A DNA stretch of 64,000 bases from assembly GCA_900769555.1 (NCBI GenBank), contig CAAGHA010000043.1:30175-94174 (forward strand), written 5' to 3'. Positions within the stretch are counted from its first letter, which is position 1, and each line of letters starts with the position of its first letter. Positions 38,201 through 42,703 of this stretch are shown here, one piece after another. The position numbers and the translations under genes were made by a program. The DNA is from Bacteroidales bacterium (GTDB lineage Bacteria > Bacteroidota > Bacteroidia > Bacteroidales > Paludibacteraceae). Below the pieces are notes generated by a model. The model was given only the letters and a program-made list of their open reading frames with translations. It searched no databases and had not been told where the DNA came from.

Positions 38201-40642
38201 GATGGTTCAACAGGAAATTCTTACTCTGATTCACCGAAAGAGAATACAACCTATTCGGTAACAGGTATTACCGAAAATTGTAGTACAAAAATAGAAATTC
38301 CTATTAACGTTCTTTCTCTTCCTGATGTTACAATTTCCGGAATGAACGAAATTTGTATCAACAAATCGGTAACTCTACAAGCAAATGGAGCTAAAACTTA
38401 TGCATGGAATACCGGATTGCAGTCTGACAAGTTAACAATGACTCCTATGAGTACAGCTACTTACATAGTAACCGGTACGGATGAGAATAATTGTAAGGAT
38501 ACTGCAAGTTATACTGTCAAAGTTAACCCTCTTCCTGATGTTTCTATTGAGGGTGATGTTTATGCATGCTACGAAAGTTTCATTAACTTGAAAGCTATCG
38601 GAAGTGAGACAAATAAATATGAGTGGAATGATGGAACATCGGCTCAAACGTTATCTGAAATTGTGAAAGAATCAAAAACATACATCGTTTCTGCTACAGA
38701 TACGAATGGTTGTGTCTCAATTGCTACGCACAATGTAACCAAGGTTGATTATCCTGAATTGTCTTATCAAGCAACGGATACTATTTGCTATGGTCAATTG
38801 GTGTCTATTACTGCAAGCGGTGCAAATGAATATTTATGGTCAAATGGTTCTAGAACCAACCAAATTTCAGATCAACCTGAGGGTTCAACCATCTACAAAG
38901 TTATAGGTACAACCAACGGATGTTCAGACTCAATCAACATTCCAATAGAGGTTCTACCTTTGCCAGACTTATCTTTCCAAGGTGATACCGTGGTCTGCGA
39001 AGGTAATAAATTGGTTCTTGAAGGAACGGGAGCTGTATTATACCATTGGAACACAGGTGTTAATAACAGAGTTTTAGAGGCATACCCTACTAAAAATACG
39101 GTTTATACTTTATCAGGAACAAATGAAATGGGCTGTTCTAACTCCATAAAAATACCTGTAAAAGTTAATCCAAAACCTTCTTTTGAAATTCTTGGTAACG
39201 ATGAGGTTTGTAAAAACTCTTCTCTTGGATTAATTGCTTCCGGTGATGCTCTAAATTATTATTGGAGTACAGGAAGAGCTAGTTACGATATGTTTGAAAC
39301 GAAGAACAATGTTATGTTGGATGTTTTAATCAATCAACATACATTCGTTTACGTAAAAGGTATTGATGAACATGGTTGTGAAAATACTGCAAGTAAAGAG
39401 ATTAAAACAATCGAACCACCAATAATATCTTACGATGGAGAGGTTGAGGTTTGTGAAGGTGAGACAATTTCTCTTTCCGCGCAAGGTGCAGAAATTTATC
39501 AATGGAAACATAATGGTAATATCAAAACTGATTCTATTTACGAATTTAAATCAAGAGCCAACGATGTTGTTACATTGATTGGTACATTAGGTATTTGTTC
39601 TTCAGCGATAGATATTCAAACAAGAACTAAACCATCTCCTACTATTACAATTACAGTGGAAAATGGCTCCGACACTCTTTGTAAGAATACTGTCTATAAA
39701 TTAACAGCTAATGGTGCTCTTGAATATCTTTGGAACGATGGTCAAACAACTAAATCTATCAGTGACACATTAAATGGGAATAAGAATTTTAAAGTCGAAG
39801 GAACTGCTTCTAATGGTTGTACCGCAAGTGCATCTAAGGAATTGAAGATATGGCCGCTACCAAATGTAAAAATCGACAGTATTTATAAATTAGGTTGCCC
39901 TGATAAAGGTACTGACGTTAAATTGTTCGCAAAGGGTGCAAAAGATTTGGTTTGGGAATCGGATATTTATAATGAGGCTATTGATGATATGAGTCACGAC
40001 TCTTTGATTGCTAATATTACAGAAAAAACTCTATTTACTGTAATCGGTACGGATGAAAATGGTTGTAAAAATTCAGACTCTAAAATTGTTGAACCGGATA
40101 GTGTTCATCCTATGATTTATGAGATTACACCAAAAACTATTGACGCTGTTAATCGTCGTGTAACATTCTTAGGTTTAGAACCTAAAACAGATGATTGGAC
40201 TTGGTCAACCGGTGGAAATGAGCTTAATTCCATACTTATTGGACACGATAAGAATTATATTTATAAAAATATCGATCAAGATTCATTCTTGGTTGGAATT
40301 AAAGCGGTGGCAAGTAATGGTTGTGTTTATACCGATACTGCATTTATCCACGTATGGAAAGACTTCTGGGCTCCAAATGCATTTACTCCGAATGGTGATG
40401 GAAATAACGATAGTTTTGGATTCGAAGGTGTTGAATATATGACTGAATTTGAATTTACTATCTACAATAGATTGGGTACAGTTGTATTTGAAGGTAAAGA
40501 TAAACATGATAGATGGGATGGAAGATTTAAAGGTGATCCTTGCGTCATGGGTGTATATGGCTATGTTGTTAAGTACCGAAGTGATTACAAAGACATCCAT
40601 AAGTCCGGTGAACGGCGAGGTACAGTCACTCTGTTAAAATAA
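17225..40642 (+). CDS. Giant (7,805 aa, 23.4 kb) SprB-like cell-surface repeat protein. It has a signal peptide, a non-repeat N-terminal head of about 540 aa, roughly 90 tandem ~78-aa repeats, and a T9SS type-B C-terminal domain.
   Basis: The N-terminus MKTDWIKRNRYIGVAILIMLLTSGLSYA|QQ is a signal peptide. It uses the same repeat grammar as gene 1. The C-terminus FWAPNAFTPNGDGNNDSF...YNRLGTVVFEG...WDGRFKG...GVYGYVV...GTVTLLK is the gliding-motility-associated C-terminal domain. Confidence 0.9.
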   Translation: MKTDWIKRNRYIGVAILIMLLTSGLSYAQQTVVKNIDTPNLSFEMGNFTNWKRYYAYFGPANFLAATNENVNVFTNSPNANPVEIKEIWTEKTNNNPIKLNNNRAGDKDISGSFEITSGSGKDPNLTNNNGCNYNLRVVPEGYTHAARVGSYKDVELLYGYNASATWYRRAMAEKLEYTFTVTENSTLLSYKFAGVLDEPAAGNVGSHFGDEHPTMSVKITAKKNGNEVVLPCNAYNANANAGNEDLITVNSGCYSTTYLANNMLYKDWAMIAYDLRDYIGATITIEAIVHDCLLELYVCNSCNSCTASGSATDKGNGVYESRCSKCNKTQKVTKRVMAGGHVGYGYITAETQPLKLITQNCPSDEYVTITAPEGFVEYEWKTSTGVSLETETGSPHIARVKRSEIQDVDYICNMYGDNRDCSHITISTRLAKDPIVMDFSNNATCFNEVSFKDLSYITPLTQSDGSAIIPDTIKTREWSYIESVNGAINNNAQRVSLSDKENFSQIFDWTANNQGKYRVFLKITTVNGCSMEIYKDIKVLPRPNIEIDGAINVCKGNSTTLTVTNLSDPKNVYTWYKGNTEIQKGNDKSLTITDVENTTYRVEIKRPEDQIECTYSKEFTTKVLENPVINAYAQGSYEKDNLTQVDICEDNTIDLKVENLTPTLSLSYTWSNLNTTGTNTVGPADTTQYTVTATSNEGCRTTDVIQVNVKRKPHLNIDGPSELCVNQEGTFKATSDITINKYVWNNDANKTGTEYIFSENRPTSASVQHIITLTGTGQNGCSSTFNKEVIVRQNPELTIPDLDPICENGNITIMAYGADYFRWNNEETDIKAPFSWIGQPTKSSYPITGFTKYNSGLVCKTETAINININKVPEIKIIGKTDICKKDEVVLIAKDTADYQYSYEQPTQYTYSWTDPKSTKTDNMTAEPTSSTIYSVTVNNGNCATTKSVNITVHNDPIFTVRPTQQRVCVGATDTLIAIGQPVEYEWYKGSSVQNGAEIAQTDKGVSDSLYVTVDNDVTYTVVGISEYGCKTTMNTNIYVKPAPTLSYAGNTHICEGTQVTLTPGGADTYRWEWKKNGKDTVSNSIVLKDFPAGTDKVTYTLIGTKDGCDARLEIPVTIQESPKVKITGESSICKGEKAELVASPDGNYTINNYTWVGLNNNQASASVSPISQQIYEVIGYDATGCPGRATHTINVNENPIIIIEGDDKMCEGSTIKLTATGANKNYQWESDIDNNINSTGASLDVSITEGQYLTQTTITYTVKAENTEGCPGEGQKTITVYKKPELTINASDICRGDMVDMTVDGAATYVWNNNENITGTRFTDTNVPLNATEYTAIVRGTENGCTTTIEKTIKINERPEIKISGPLAYCEHDKITLTAQGGSEGNYRWSTGSTEDKLEIIAKSSLTDITLIGKNEHGCTNEATVSLEIMPLPNIRIEEPESKEVCKGTEIELSALGGNSYKWRNKTKNEAIDDCTNPCATIHPTIEATTTFTVEGTETHTINGEVLNCVSSAEISIIARPIPEVEISGNDAICPGSAANLTAVNQNNQAIISEWQWYILDKDNNATQLPDNKSFINTGSLNKETKYIAKAISNSNCIGTDTTTVTLHDTVVVSIDGADYVCENGTINLTAVTVPDANDYIYNWSPQGAKQVETGNLHLTETTIFNLSITDKNSCISNAKPKKVEWIPLPKITIAQDPTGNICSGNNDVKLSITSNKEAADMDYYNWFRSNDVKINDENDNEIKSNEISFKDLTATTTIKAIGVDKYGCQSEKEIHVIEIQDAPDLTITGVTKACKGDIVQLTASSSKNAKIYWENNEEVDGPRSISLNQVGTVTFSASIEVNGCTTIKKHQIEVSDIPTVTLNSDNGKNYVCEGESLNLTAQTDGSDVSYKWNISPSTTANATIKPTSSPTTASVTVTNENSCSSTTSFNIEIKSNPILYINEETNGEDAICVGNKFDLNASGNDQNQYQWYTEDVNGNKTLVATGENIEKYSPTINETTKYILTGNNTFGCLGEAKFTVNTKEYPKVIAPDTTSCKGMPSTVKVTDGNADYYTWEWTEGNEKKSVNGVSYSEILTETRVYQLTGTKDGCTTNPISVVAKVNELPILTIAAKHNKNEEPVVMCFNDIDTLIASGAKSYSWSKISGLTQSEEQTEEAEIIPTSVGEHIYSVSGTDDNGCTNTQEITVKVNPLPIVSISATPSICYGSETDLVVEGAESYHWSWTTNGQMEENTTDKVNKKLYATTLFNVIGTDANGCSSLPVKQVITVKDAPTLSWTPDTLSICNGENATLTINGATSIDWEDNITTGSTRTFYNLNAKDAVKGIINYSFKAWNNGCSKDTTIAVRVNSLPEITFETTSGRDKNGQRIVCVNEEFTLKAVSEGSSFVWNTTESAESITKKHKNTGVVNYIVTATKKYGNTQCSNKNTYTINVVENPTIKINSEIAGDTAVCNGNQFTLSASGINGNGYTWYENGTPKAQIATGVSSYTSTATNNVSYYVEAKDENECVGNATFDVVIKENPTFDVSTKAICSGETANINLTNRSSNTQFAWSWNNGTGNIENATSVSHKLEQERTYTITANKENCITQKEITVTVNALPEFTIEGKTEICNKEEVNLSVKTNDNTLYSYEWTNNSGTNISNSESISEKPNSSTIYRVNVKNNTTTCSQTKTLNITVNPLPILRIEQENAACVGNTVNLIASGADFSYKWLKESKDESGDNQNTISIPITAQSAEDTIVYVVGENQKGCIDTISYSLTKLEKPVITISGINDRCVGDGEKTIVLSGATKYTWTSEGNYVGNTFTEKLTSDKTYTVKVESGECMADTTFKVKVNNLPNVYITAENGLSKTDTTICLNDEINLVATATNCEYKWNTLETTNMIPAKATSLIAQKYNVIATDKTTKCSNKAEYVVNVNPLPNVQIQVDELAYCKDTKVELNANEIYNSYLWSADGNTKGSNKTIKYTLDKTTKFRLDVVDNNKCKNFDTIEIVAKDYPIFAVNAPAVCYDKYPTLSVDKNNSTADYYIWPDGTNNNSSWTASTSLKEEISYKVTASKNGCTVEKNVKVPLFNLPKISFEVNGKAVTGNYEVCSNDNQLTIEAKVSSDNLQNVQYNWEQGTTTSEIVVTPTDKTNYSITVTDGNGCINNAIQTIIVNEPSIVTIEGVKESCEGNEFKLTATGANSYEWKVTPDNTSNYTIDGNILNYKGIQENVTFEVIGTNGKNCKSDAVSHTVTMIANPALTIIPSPDQRSVCKGSNLSLTATSGANVAIQWEGSEIGYLDYRFNAEESGEKVLKVTAKTTQGCKNDSIVKIIVNDLPTFTIKGNDFCLGTTTELKAEGNDLSFSWVGFSKNVNPVNVSKSGTYKVTGTDGNNCSRQDSISVTAFSNPDFIITQQNISWSDDNTACKDSTITLAAQGGNYTYDWYTKENDILTEFQKSSSTIEPTITRDVIFVANATIKHNENLQCETQKEYIVKIKEAPIFELDAPTVCAGNTSRIKVKNGVNGTTYEWKWDGGSQAGGTYHEEILTANKEFIVIGTKDHCSYQVVKTAEVYELPQMSAITGADNDVCIGDTVILSENATTNNTPLTYSWKANKDLGSIIDKESESTRVSPTQIGTRTYTVTATDNKGCNNTISKEMFVNPLPNVKVIGETEICVGQETNLTIDGGYETAWFEYDKANKKIGKELFKTINGTENGFKQKIDNVTSFYVEILDENECSNGKVVDVTLKTLPNIQLVGQTKICKGDETTISILGNSGGKNYFTNAATGEFETESVTSKVLSPTQTTTYKIRVETANNCIIDTSITIIVNPLPEITINGVKEGESIICMKDQIELQAASNTNSEFTWNNRETSETITVAPLASTQYYVEGVDNVTRCRNTATYNIVVKELPTIIIKGESYTCKDSTVTLTISNAVNNYTYVWEDNKATGKTYEPTITEDTVIRVTATDNSAQQCSSIDSFRVKVKENPEIQITNNNPIVCKGDYFTVNVGSNLASCTYKWEGTSIVNNSNTLREKLDNDKVYKVYVSKDGCTSNKVINAKVWELPTVTAELINDIKGDTICHNATAELKATANGGTYPYHYNWISNVISTEDSETIETEKLTTTNRPYSVIVEVTDNNNCKGLDTVDINVKPNPVIRIDGDKFVCNGMTGTYTATGAGVGGTYSWESGETTESITPTIESDKTITVIGTDIYGCKGTSNPFNIAMKNLPKLMIYGDTSICEGASTKISLSGAGADEDNYLWTEGENKIYTANRTLSPNVTTTYKVTGTQNGCSADRTFTITVNKLPIININDKNNGTEAICLKEEIVLNANVDNPQNHTFLWNNNTQESSITVTPVIDTKYSVRVTNKETNCVQVDTFEVIVNPLPEFDINADDAVCNNSDIKVSLDPKDDNLWETSKVIVEWTKDNSPITVQGESFTETLSKKTEYSVKATVSTTNCSDTKSKTVDVKEVPTLTINADDDVCLGKDVELYVEGNAHTYLWPDNKRRSVKSWKDTTNHSAEKVDYKVVAINIYSVNGKNLECSTEEIESVNIRELPNIKIDGPALVCKDEPIDLIVSEISDPSQEVTYKWNTTDNDVTAKITVKPTTTKSEYKVTATNEYGCTKDASYNLNAHDKPTFNFGGETRYCKGEDAAISILGNNVQSIVWNYVDENGTIIDGEVPTTNNIAKPTVNEDIRLKAFVTSTEGCQSEGIIDIATKELPVLVPNFKDEVCVGSPFDISVSGARTWTWKDTSATTSSLIGLRIYNDTDYTVYGTTEGCTSEKVITIKTKPLPNILINDGKDTAICFNESIELKATGGVLYKWDNENQTDFEAIDKITKSPTGGVTYKVTGRGENGCENSATINVSINDLPKFDLSYIKEACDSTSVDITASNTELTYFWNNETTPSVSNTYTEKEIRKDVKGGVYGIDKNNCKNFNEYNITWKPNPKLVITGNNVCKNDQVSLNVKDTSITINYNTEFLWEGITKGANFRSEALTKDRVFRVVATKNGCSTEDSIEIKVNELPNILINDGNEYAYVCNGDSVTLNASGSDINKYTWDNKTQETGITYKVRPIKTETTYHLEGTDNLGCKNSDEIVVVITPKPDFSIIGNNLVCYGEDVTLNGSDEDLNYVWTNAEGETLGNDIELSIKITRDTTLYVTGTANNANRTNCSNTIPYEIKIKDGPEFTINSFDNNICYGNTVSISLSGYADNYEWYRNDTLISTKENMSDVIMANQTYFLKADRNGCDTSVSMDVFVKALPKIEITGTPEICYNETTSLKATAGLTSYSWKNLTTSGNIENNTDEIEITPKVDTEIEVTVTDNGCENKDTFKVVVNSLPSFKITPNDYVVCENSEVIITPNNEEITYKWEDETNYSAPLPKTFNMGAYPMKDTFRVIAKTNKGCTKTDSVIISTKAKPQLNIMFNDSICWGKKATMTGNNNTAKYQWYDITDDDYKDVVLSETSSYTTNELTSNRKFRSVAISNSCEADTIFEVAIREIPAVNIVNSPEITICRNAELELMANSENAIEYKWDNNSYGTNVSYIVNPIKDSTEYRLAIKDIHGCENFDTVLVLLQNKPEFNIIGKTDTCQGDMITLKASNDALNYEWRNSANTIISEGIECDITITQDTTIYITGYSNDDLKCETTIEHHVIANPYPVITVIKDTNYVCKGTQAYLEVKSDIDASYLWNTNETNRYIQKTITEESQFTVTVTSNVGGCKSDTSFVVNKWDLPIIDANDVTICYGNSAELEVTNPSESIVYRWLEASENGSKFVTPTLTSLTQYKVIGTDENSCVGEKSVVVSINPLPQFSLSSITPVCRGTETTITANDASLYYLWDGINYSSESSYSSTIEKDTTFTIWAKDNNQCENSKSIKVAVKEYPTLQFKMDIDTVCFGGSKTIYVSGAKNGYKWHDNSTKNFITIDNITETISVSVEGTTNGCTSRIDTTIKVWNLPEISIEPSLKEICFNDSVALTAQNGISGKYKWNHNGANTDDVVVIPNKVGENIYSVTGYDIHGCKNTGEVSITVNALPIVKIDGEAYVCRNENAELTASSETATSFQWIDNGTGIGNDAIFKPTISTDDSTFVVVGEDGNHCKSTAEFVVYAKEHPTLSYRTNTGKDTVCLGSPVVIYMSGADEYVWESNNSTESSYSEVINSETQFTVYGTTNGCSSDTTITISTWNLPVFGIDGDSVICLNNTAKLFTYAKDENSVLTYKWKHNGNTNETTYESPTSTKNYFATATDINNCKSEESFEVKVNPLPTDIKIEGERAVCLDSTVTLTVSGSAIDYQWGNGAVGTTIDAAIVSKDSTFYVVGTDKNGCSYETSYKVASIEHPNLIQNAPDSVCFGSKINISIKGAAEYVWDDNSTRNYRNVEITQDTMFVVSGTSNGCTSSTTIKIGKMDLPTIKIASEDDKNSICRYDSIKLFATGGKTYTWSNKEDRENIIVNPLGNTQYIVKGIGANGCQNSDTFDLIVNDLPIVNIIGEKSICEGDDVELKAESSDKFTIVSYLWGNNKTDQTIIETITDTSYYAVTLTDSNGCQNSDSILIQSKPYPTITIEAPEYVCLGQSAIVSVEGANSYVWGGNSDKTERSFVDTPTQDTLYKVAGTTNGCTTLAEKMVEVKALPKVTITTEDSAFAICLKDSITLTANGAKTYSWNTGYTDQKIVVSPSIATEYKVIGTDEFGCQNSGVFNININKLPEFTIMGNNLICEGDVDTLWIESDENLTYLWNYHNSTSDTIYPVIEENTTFEVTATNENNCTITQSYIVRSKPYPTLEFNNPKAICYGENAVIVVSGATEYKWQDGSTNNSLIVSPENNTTYTVTGTTRGCSTTASTNINVWSLPNVVISDAKKDICINDPITLTASGASSYVWNTGDTEKTITVIPTGTTAFNVVGKDLNGCESRDTFVVEVHPLPVITIDGADAACQDSVATLIAKGGLRYMWNTNETTAAISPKINNTRTFIVIGYDEYNCKSTATKIVRKKDYPVLTYTAPTSICDGTMANISVVGASQYIWQDGSTGNSYSDSPKENTTYSVTGITENCSTKIEIPINVLSLPDVTISGMNEICINKSVTLQANGAKTYAWNTGLQSDKLTMTPMSTATYIVTGTDENNCKDTASYTVKVNPLPDVSIEGDVYACYESFINLKAIGSETNKYEWNDGTSAQTLSEIVKESKTYIVSATDTNGCVSIATHNVTKVDYPELSYQATDTICYGQLVSITASGANEYLWSNGSRTNQISDQPEGSTIYKVIGTTNGCSDSINIPIEVLPLPDLSFQGDTVVCEGNKLVLEGTGAVLYHWNTGVNNRVLEAYPTKNTVYTLSGTNEMGCSNSIKIPVKVNPKPSFEILGNDEVCKNSSLGLIASGDALNYYWSTGRASYDMFETKNNVMLDVLINQHTFVYVKGIDEHGCENTASKEIKTIEPPIISYDGEVEVCEGETISLSAQGAEIYQWKHNGNIKTDSIYEFKSRANDVVTLIGTLGICSSAIDIQTRTKPSPTITITVENGSDTLCKNTVYKLTANGALEYLWNDGQTTKSISDTLNGNKNFKVEGTASNGCTASASKELKIWPLPNVKIDSIYKLGCPDKGTDVKLFAKGAKDLVWESDIYNEAIDDMSHDSLIANITEKTLFTVIGTDENGCKNSDSKIVEPDSVHPMIYEITPKTIDAVNRRVTFLGLEPKTDDWTWSTGGNELNSILIGHDKNYIYKNIDQDSFLVGIKAVASNGCVYTDTAFIHVWKDFWAPNAFTPNGDGNNDSFGFEGVEYMTEFEFTIYNRLGTVVFEGKDKHDRWDGRFKGDPCVMGVYGYVVKYRSDYKDIHKSGERRGTVTLLK
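18850..40350 (+). repeat. Protein-coding array of roughly 90 divergent ~78-aa tandem repeats inside giant gene 2
   Basis: It shows the same periodic motif as gene 1. It is co-linear with gene 1 at a nucleotide offset of about +23.65 kb. Confidence 0.8.
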
Positions 40643-40647
40643 CATAA

Positions 40648-40688
40648 GAAAGAGGCTTTGCTGAATATCTCTACGCAAAGCCTCTTTC
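40648..40688. terminator. Bidirectional stem-loop terminator between the convergent giant gene 2 and the AMP-ligase gene
   Basis: There is a perfect 14-bp stem, gaaagaggctttgc (40648–40661) pairing with gcaaagcctctttc (40675–40688). The loop is 13 nt. Confidence 0.65.
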
Positions 40689-40763
40689 ATTATTAAAATA
40701 GTTGACATACCAAAGCTATATTATCTCACATGTAAATAATTCGCATCGAAAAAACAGCTATAC

Positions 40764-42662
40764 CTAATTTCTATATCCAATCACCTTATTCATATTTCTT
40801 AAATTAACTGGATTATAAGGATTTTTAGCATGTATTTGATAGGCTGCTTTTATCTCTTTGCCATAAAGTCGCTCCACAAGTGTACGATCATACTCCTCAC
40901 AATAAAAAACACCACGCTTGCAAGGCATGAGGTTCTCTCCTACTATAAAAAAAAGAGAAGGAATCCATCGTTGAGGAAATTCTCGTTGCAAAGCTAAACC
41001 AATTTTTCGCAATGAATCATACAAGATCCTAATCGCTTCTCTAACTTTTTGCTCTGCTCTCATCGATGGATTTATCGCAGATAATAGGGCTGTTCTATTG
41101 GGAACAACCAACATAACAGGATAATCCATTCCATTGTTCGAGAGATAACATTGACTGACATAGGGAGATCTTAAATAAAAGGAATTTTCAATCTTTTCGG
41201 GAGAGAAATTTTCACCTAAGGAATTTGTTTGCAAAGAACTAATCTCCCCTTCGATATATAAAAATCCATCGCTATCAATCGTACCTAACCATCCGGTATT
41301 CAACCATCCATTTTTCACAGTTTGTTTCAAAAGTATTTCATCTTTTTTATAAGATAGCATCAATCCGTCCGTTTTAACACAAATCTCACCTACCTCTGCT
41401 AAACAATCAGAAATAGCAACTCCATTACCAATTTTCAAATCTATACTATGAAAAGATTTTCCAACACTGCCCAATTTATAAGAGTCTTTCATAATAAAAT
41501 TAATAGAGACGAAAGAACAACTCTCAACAGTTCCAAAACCTCGTAAAATAGGAATGCCTATTGCAAGGAAAAACAATTCAGTCTCTTTATCTAAAAAATG
41601 TCCTCTCAACAAAATATATTCTAAATCGCCACCCAATGCGGTACGAATTGTTTCACAAATAAAGTGCTCAACAAATTTTGTCCAAAATGAAAAAAAATGA
41701 GGGGATTTATAATTCCAAAAAAGTTTAGAACGATATGTAGATAACTTGATATGGTGAATGTAACGTTGAAAGATCGAATAAAATATTTCGCCTTGTCGTT
41801 TCAACTCCTCCTCAATACGTAATTTAATCACTTTAATGGATGACAAAGAACAAAAAACAACGTTCGGACGTATCACATGTAAATCTCTAAAAAAAGTGTG
41901 ACAAAAACAATCTTCATTCACTTGAGGAACAACAATAACCGATCCATTGTATAACACCAACAAGAGAGAGAGCTGATGTACAAAAATATCACTCCAAGGA
42001 AGCAACATATAAAACCGCTTCCACTCTCCTATTTGCAAAAGTGAAGTAATCTGTTCTACATTAACAATCAAACTCTTATGAGTATATAAAACACCTGTTA
42101 ATTGTGAACGTACATTAGTGTAATAGATCATCGCAACATCATCGTACTTAATAGATAAAATACGATGATTTAACTCCTCGTTTCTAGTATCATACAATTC
42201 TCTTCCTAATGCATATACTCGCTCCTTTGATATTACATCAAAATCATCTTCCCAATATTCATCTAACAATATTACTAAATTCAAGAGTGGTAGATAATCT
42301 TTGATTTTCTTAATGATCTCAAATTGAGTTTTAGAAACAATTACGCATTTACACTGAGCATGTTGCAAACAAAATTTCAAATCAATTTCTTCCCTCATCA
42401 ATGAAGGTAATGGTACGAAAACTGCTTGATTAGATAAGATGGATAATTCTGAAACCAACCAATCTGTACCACAATCTGCATAAAGAGCAACAGAATCTCC
42501 CGGTTTAACTCCTAAGGATAATAATCCAATAGAAAATCGCTTCACTCGATTGAATATGTCATGATAAGATAATGACAAATATTCATGCCCTTGTTTTTCC
42601 ATTATTAAAGGATTGCTGCCATAACGAGAAACACAATCCTCAAAAATTTTAATTATATTCAT
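40764..42662 (-). CDS. AMP-dependent synthetase/ligase family protein (long-chain acyl-CoA synthetase-like) with a degenerate P-loop
   Basis: Its N-terminal substrate/AMP-binding-domain pattern is LSYHDIFNRVKRFSIGLLSLGVKPGDSVALYADCGTDW. The motif GEICVKTDGLMLSYKKDE...WLNTGWLGTIDSDGFLYIEGE matches the adenylate-forming-enzyme A8 region. The canonical YTSGTTGxPKGV box is replaced by YTNVRSQLTGV. Confidence 0.65.
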   Translation of the reverse strand: MNIIKIFEDCVSRYGSNPLIMEKQGHEYLSLSYHDIFNRVKRFSIGLLSLGVKPGDSVALYADCGTDWLVSELSILSNQAVFVPLPSLMREEIDLKFCLQHAQCKCVIVSKTQFEIIKKIKDYLPLLNLVILLDEYWEDDFDVISKERVYALGRELYDTRNEELNHRILSIKYDDVAMIYYTNVRSQLTGVLYTHKSLIVNVEQITSLLQIGEWKRFYMLLPWSDIFVHQLSLLLVLYNGSVIVVPQVNEDCFCHTFFRDLHVIRPNVVFCSLSSIKVIKLRIEEELKRQGEIFYSIFQRYIHHIKLSTYRSKLFWNYKSPHFFSFWTKFVEHFICETIRTALGGDLEYILLRGHFLDKETELFFLAIGIPILRGFGTVESCSFVSINFIMKDSYKLGSVGKSFHSIDLKIGNGVAISDCLAEVGEICVKTDGLMLSYKKDEILLKQTVKNGWLNTGWLGTIDSDGFLYIEGEISSLQTNSLGENFSPEKIENSFYLRSPYVSQCYLSNNGMDYPVMLVVPNRTALLSAINPSMRAEQKVREAIRILYDSLRKIGLALQREFPQRWIPSLFFIVGENLMPCKRGVFYCEEYDRTLVERLYGKEIKAAYQIHAKNPYNPVNLRNMNKVIGYRN

Positions 42663-42703
42663 AGATTTTAATTATCTTTGTCTCACTCTATAACAACATA
42701 GAT

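Noticed and set aside
2-40642. CRISPR array or mobile repetitive DNA as an explanation for the periodicity
   Set aside because: The period of about 234 nt is coding. The repeats are diverged at the DNA level with no exact direct repeats, spacers or cas genes. This is a protein-domain array.
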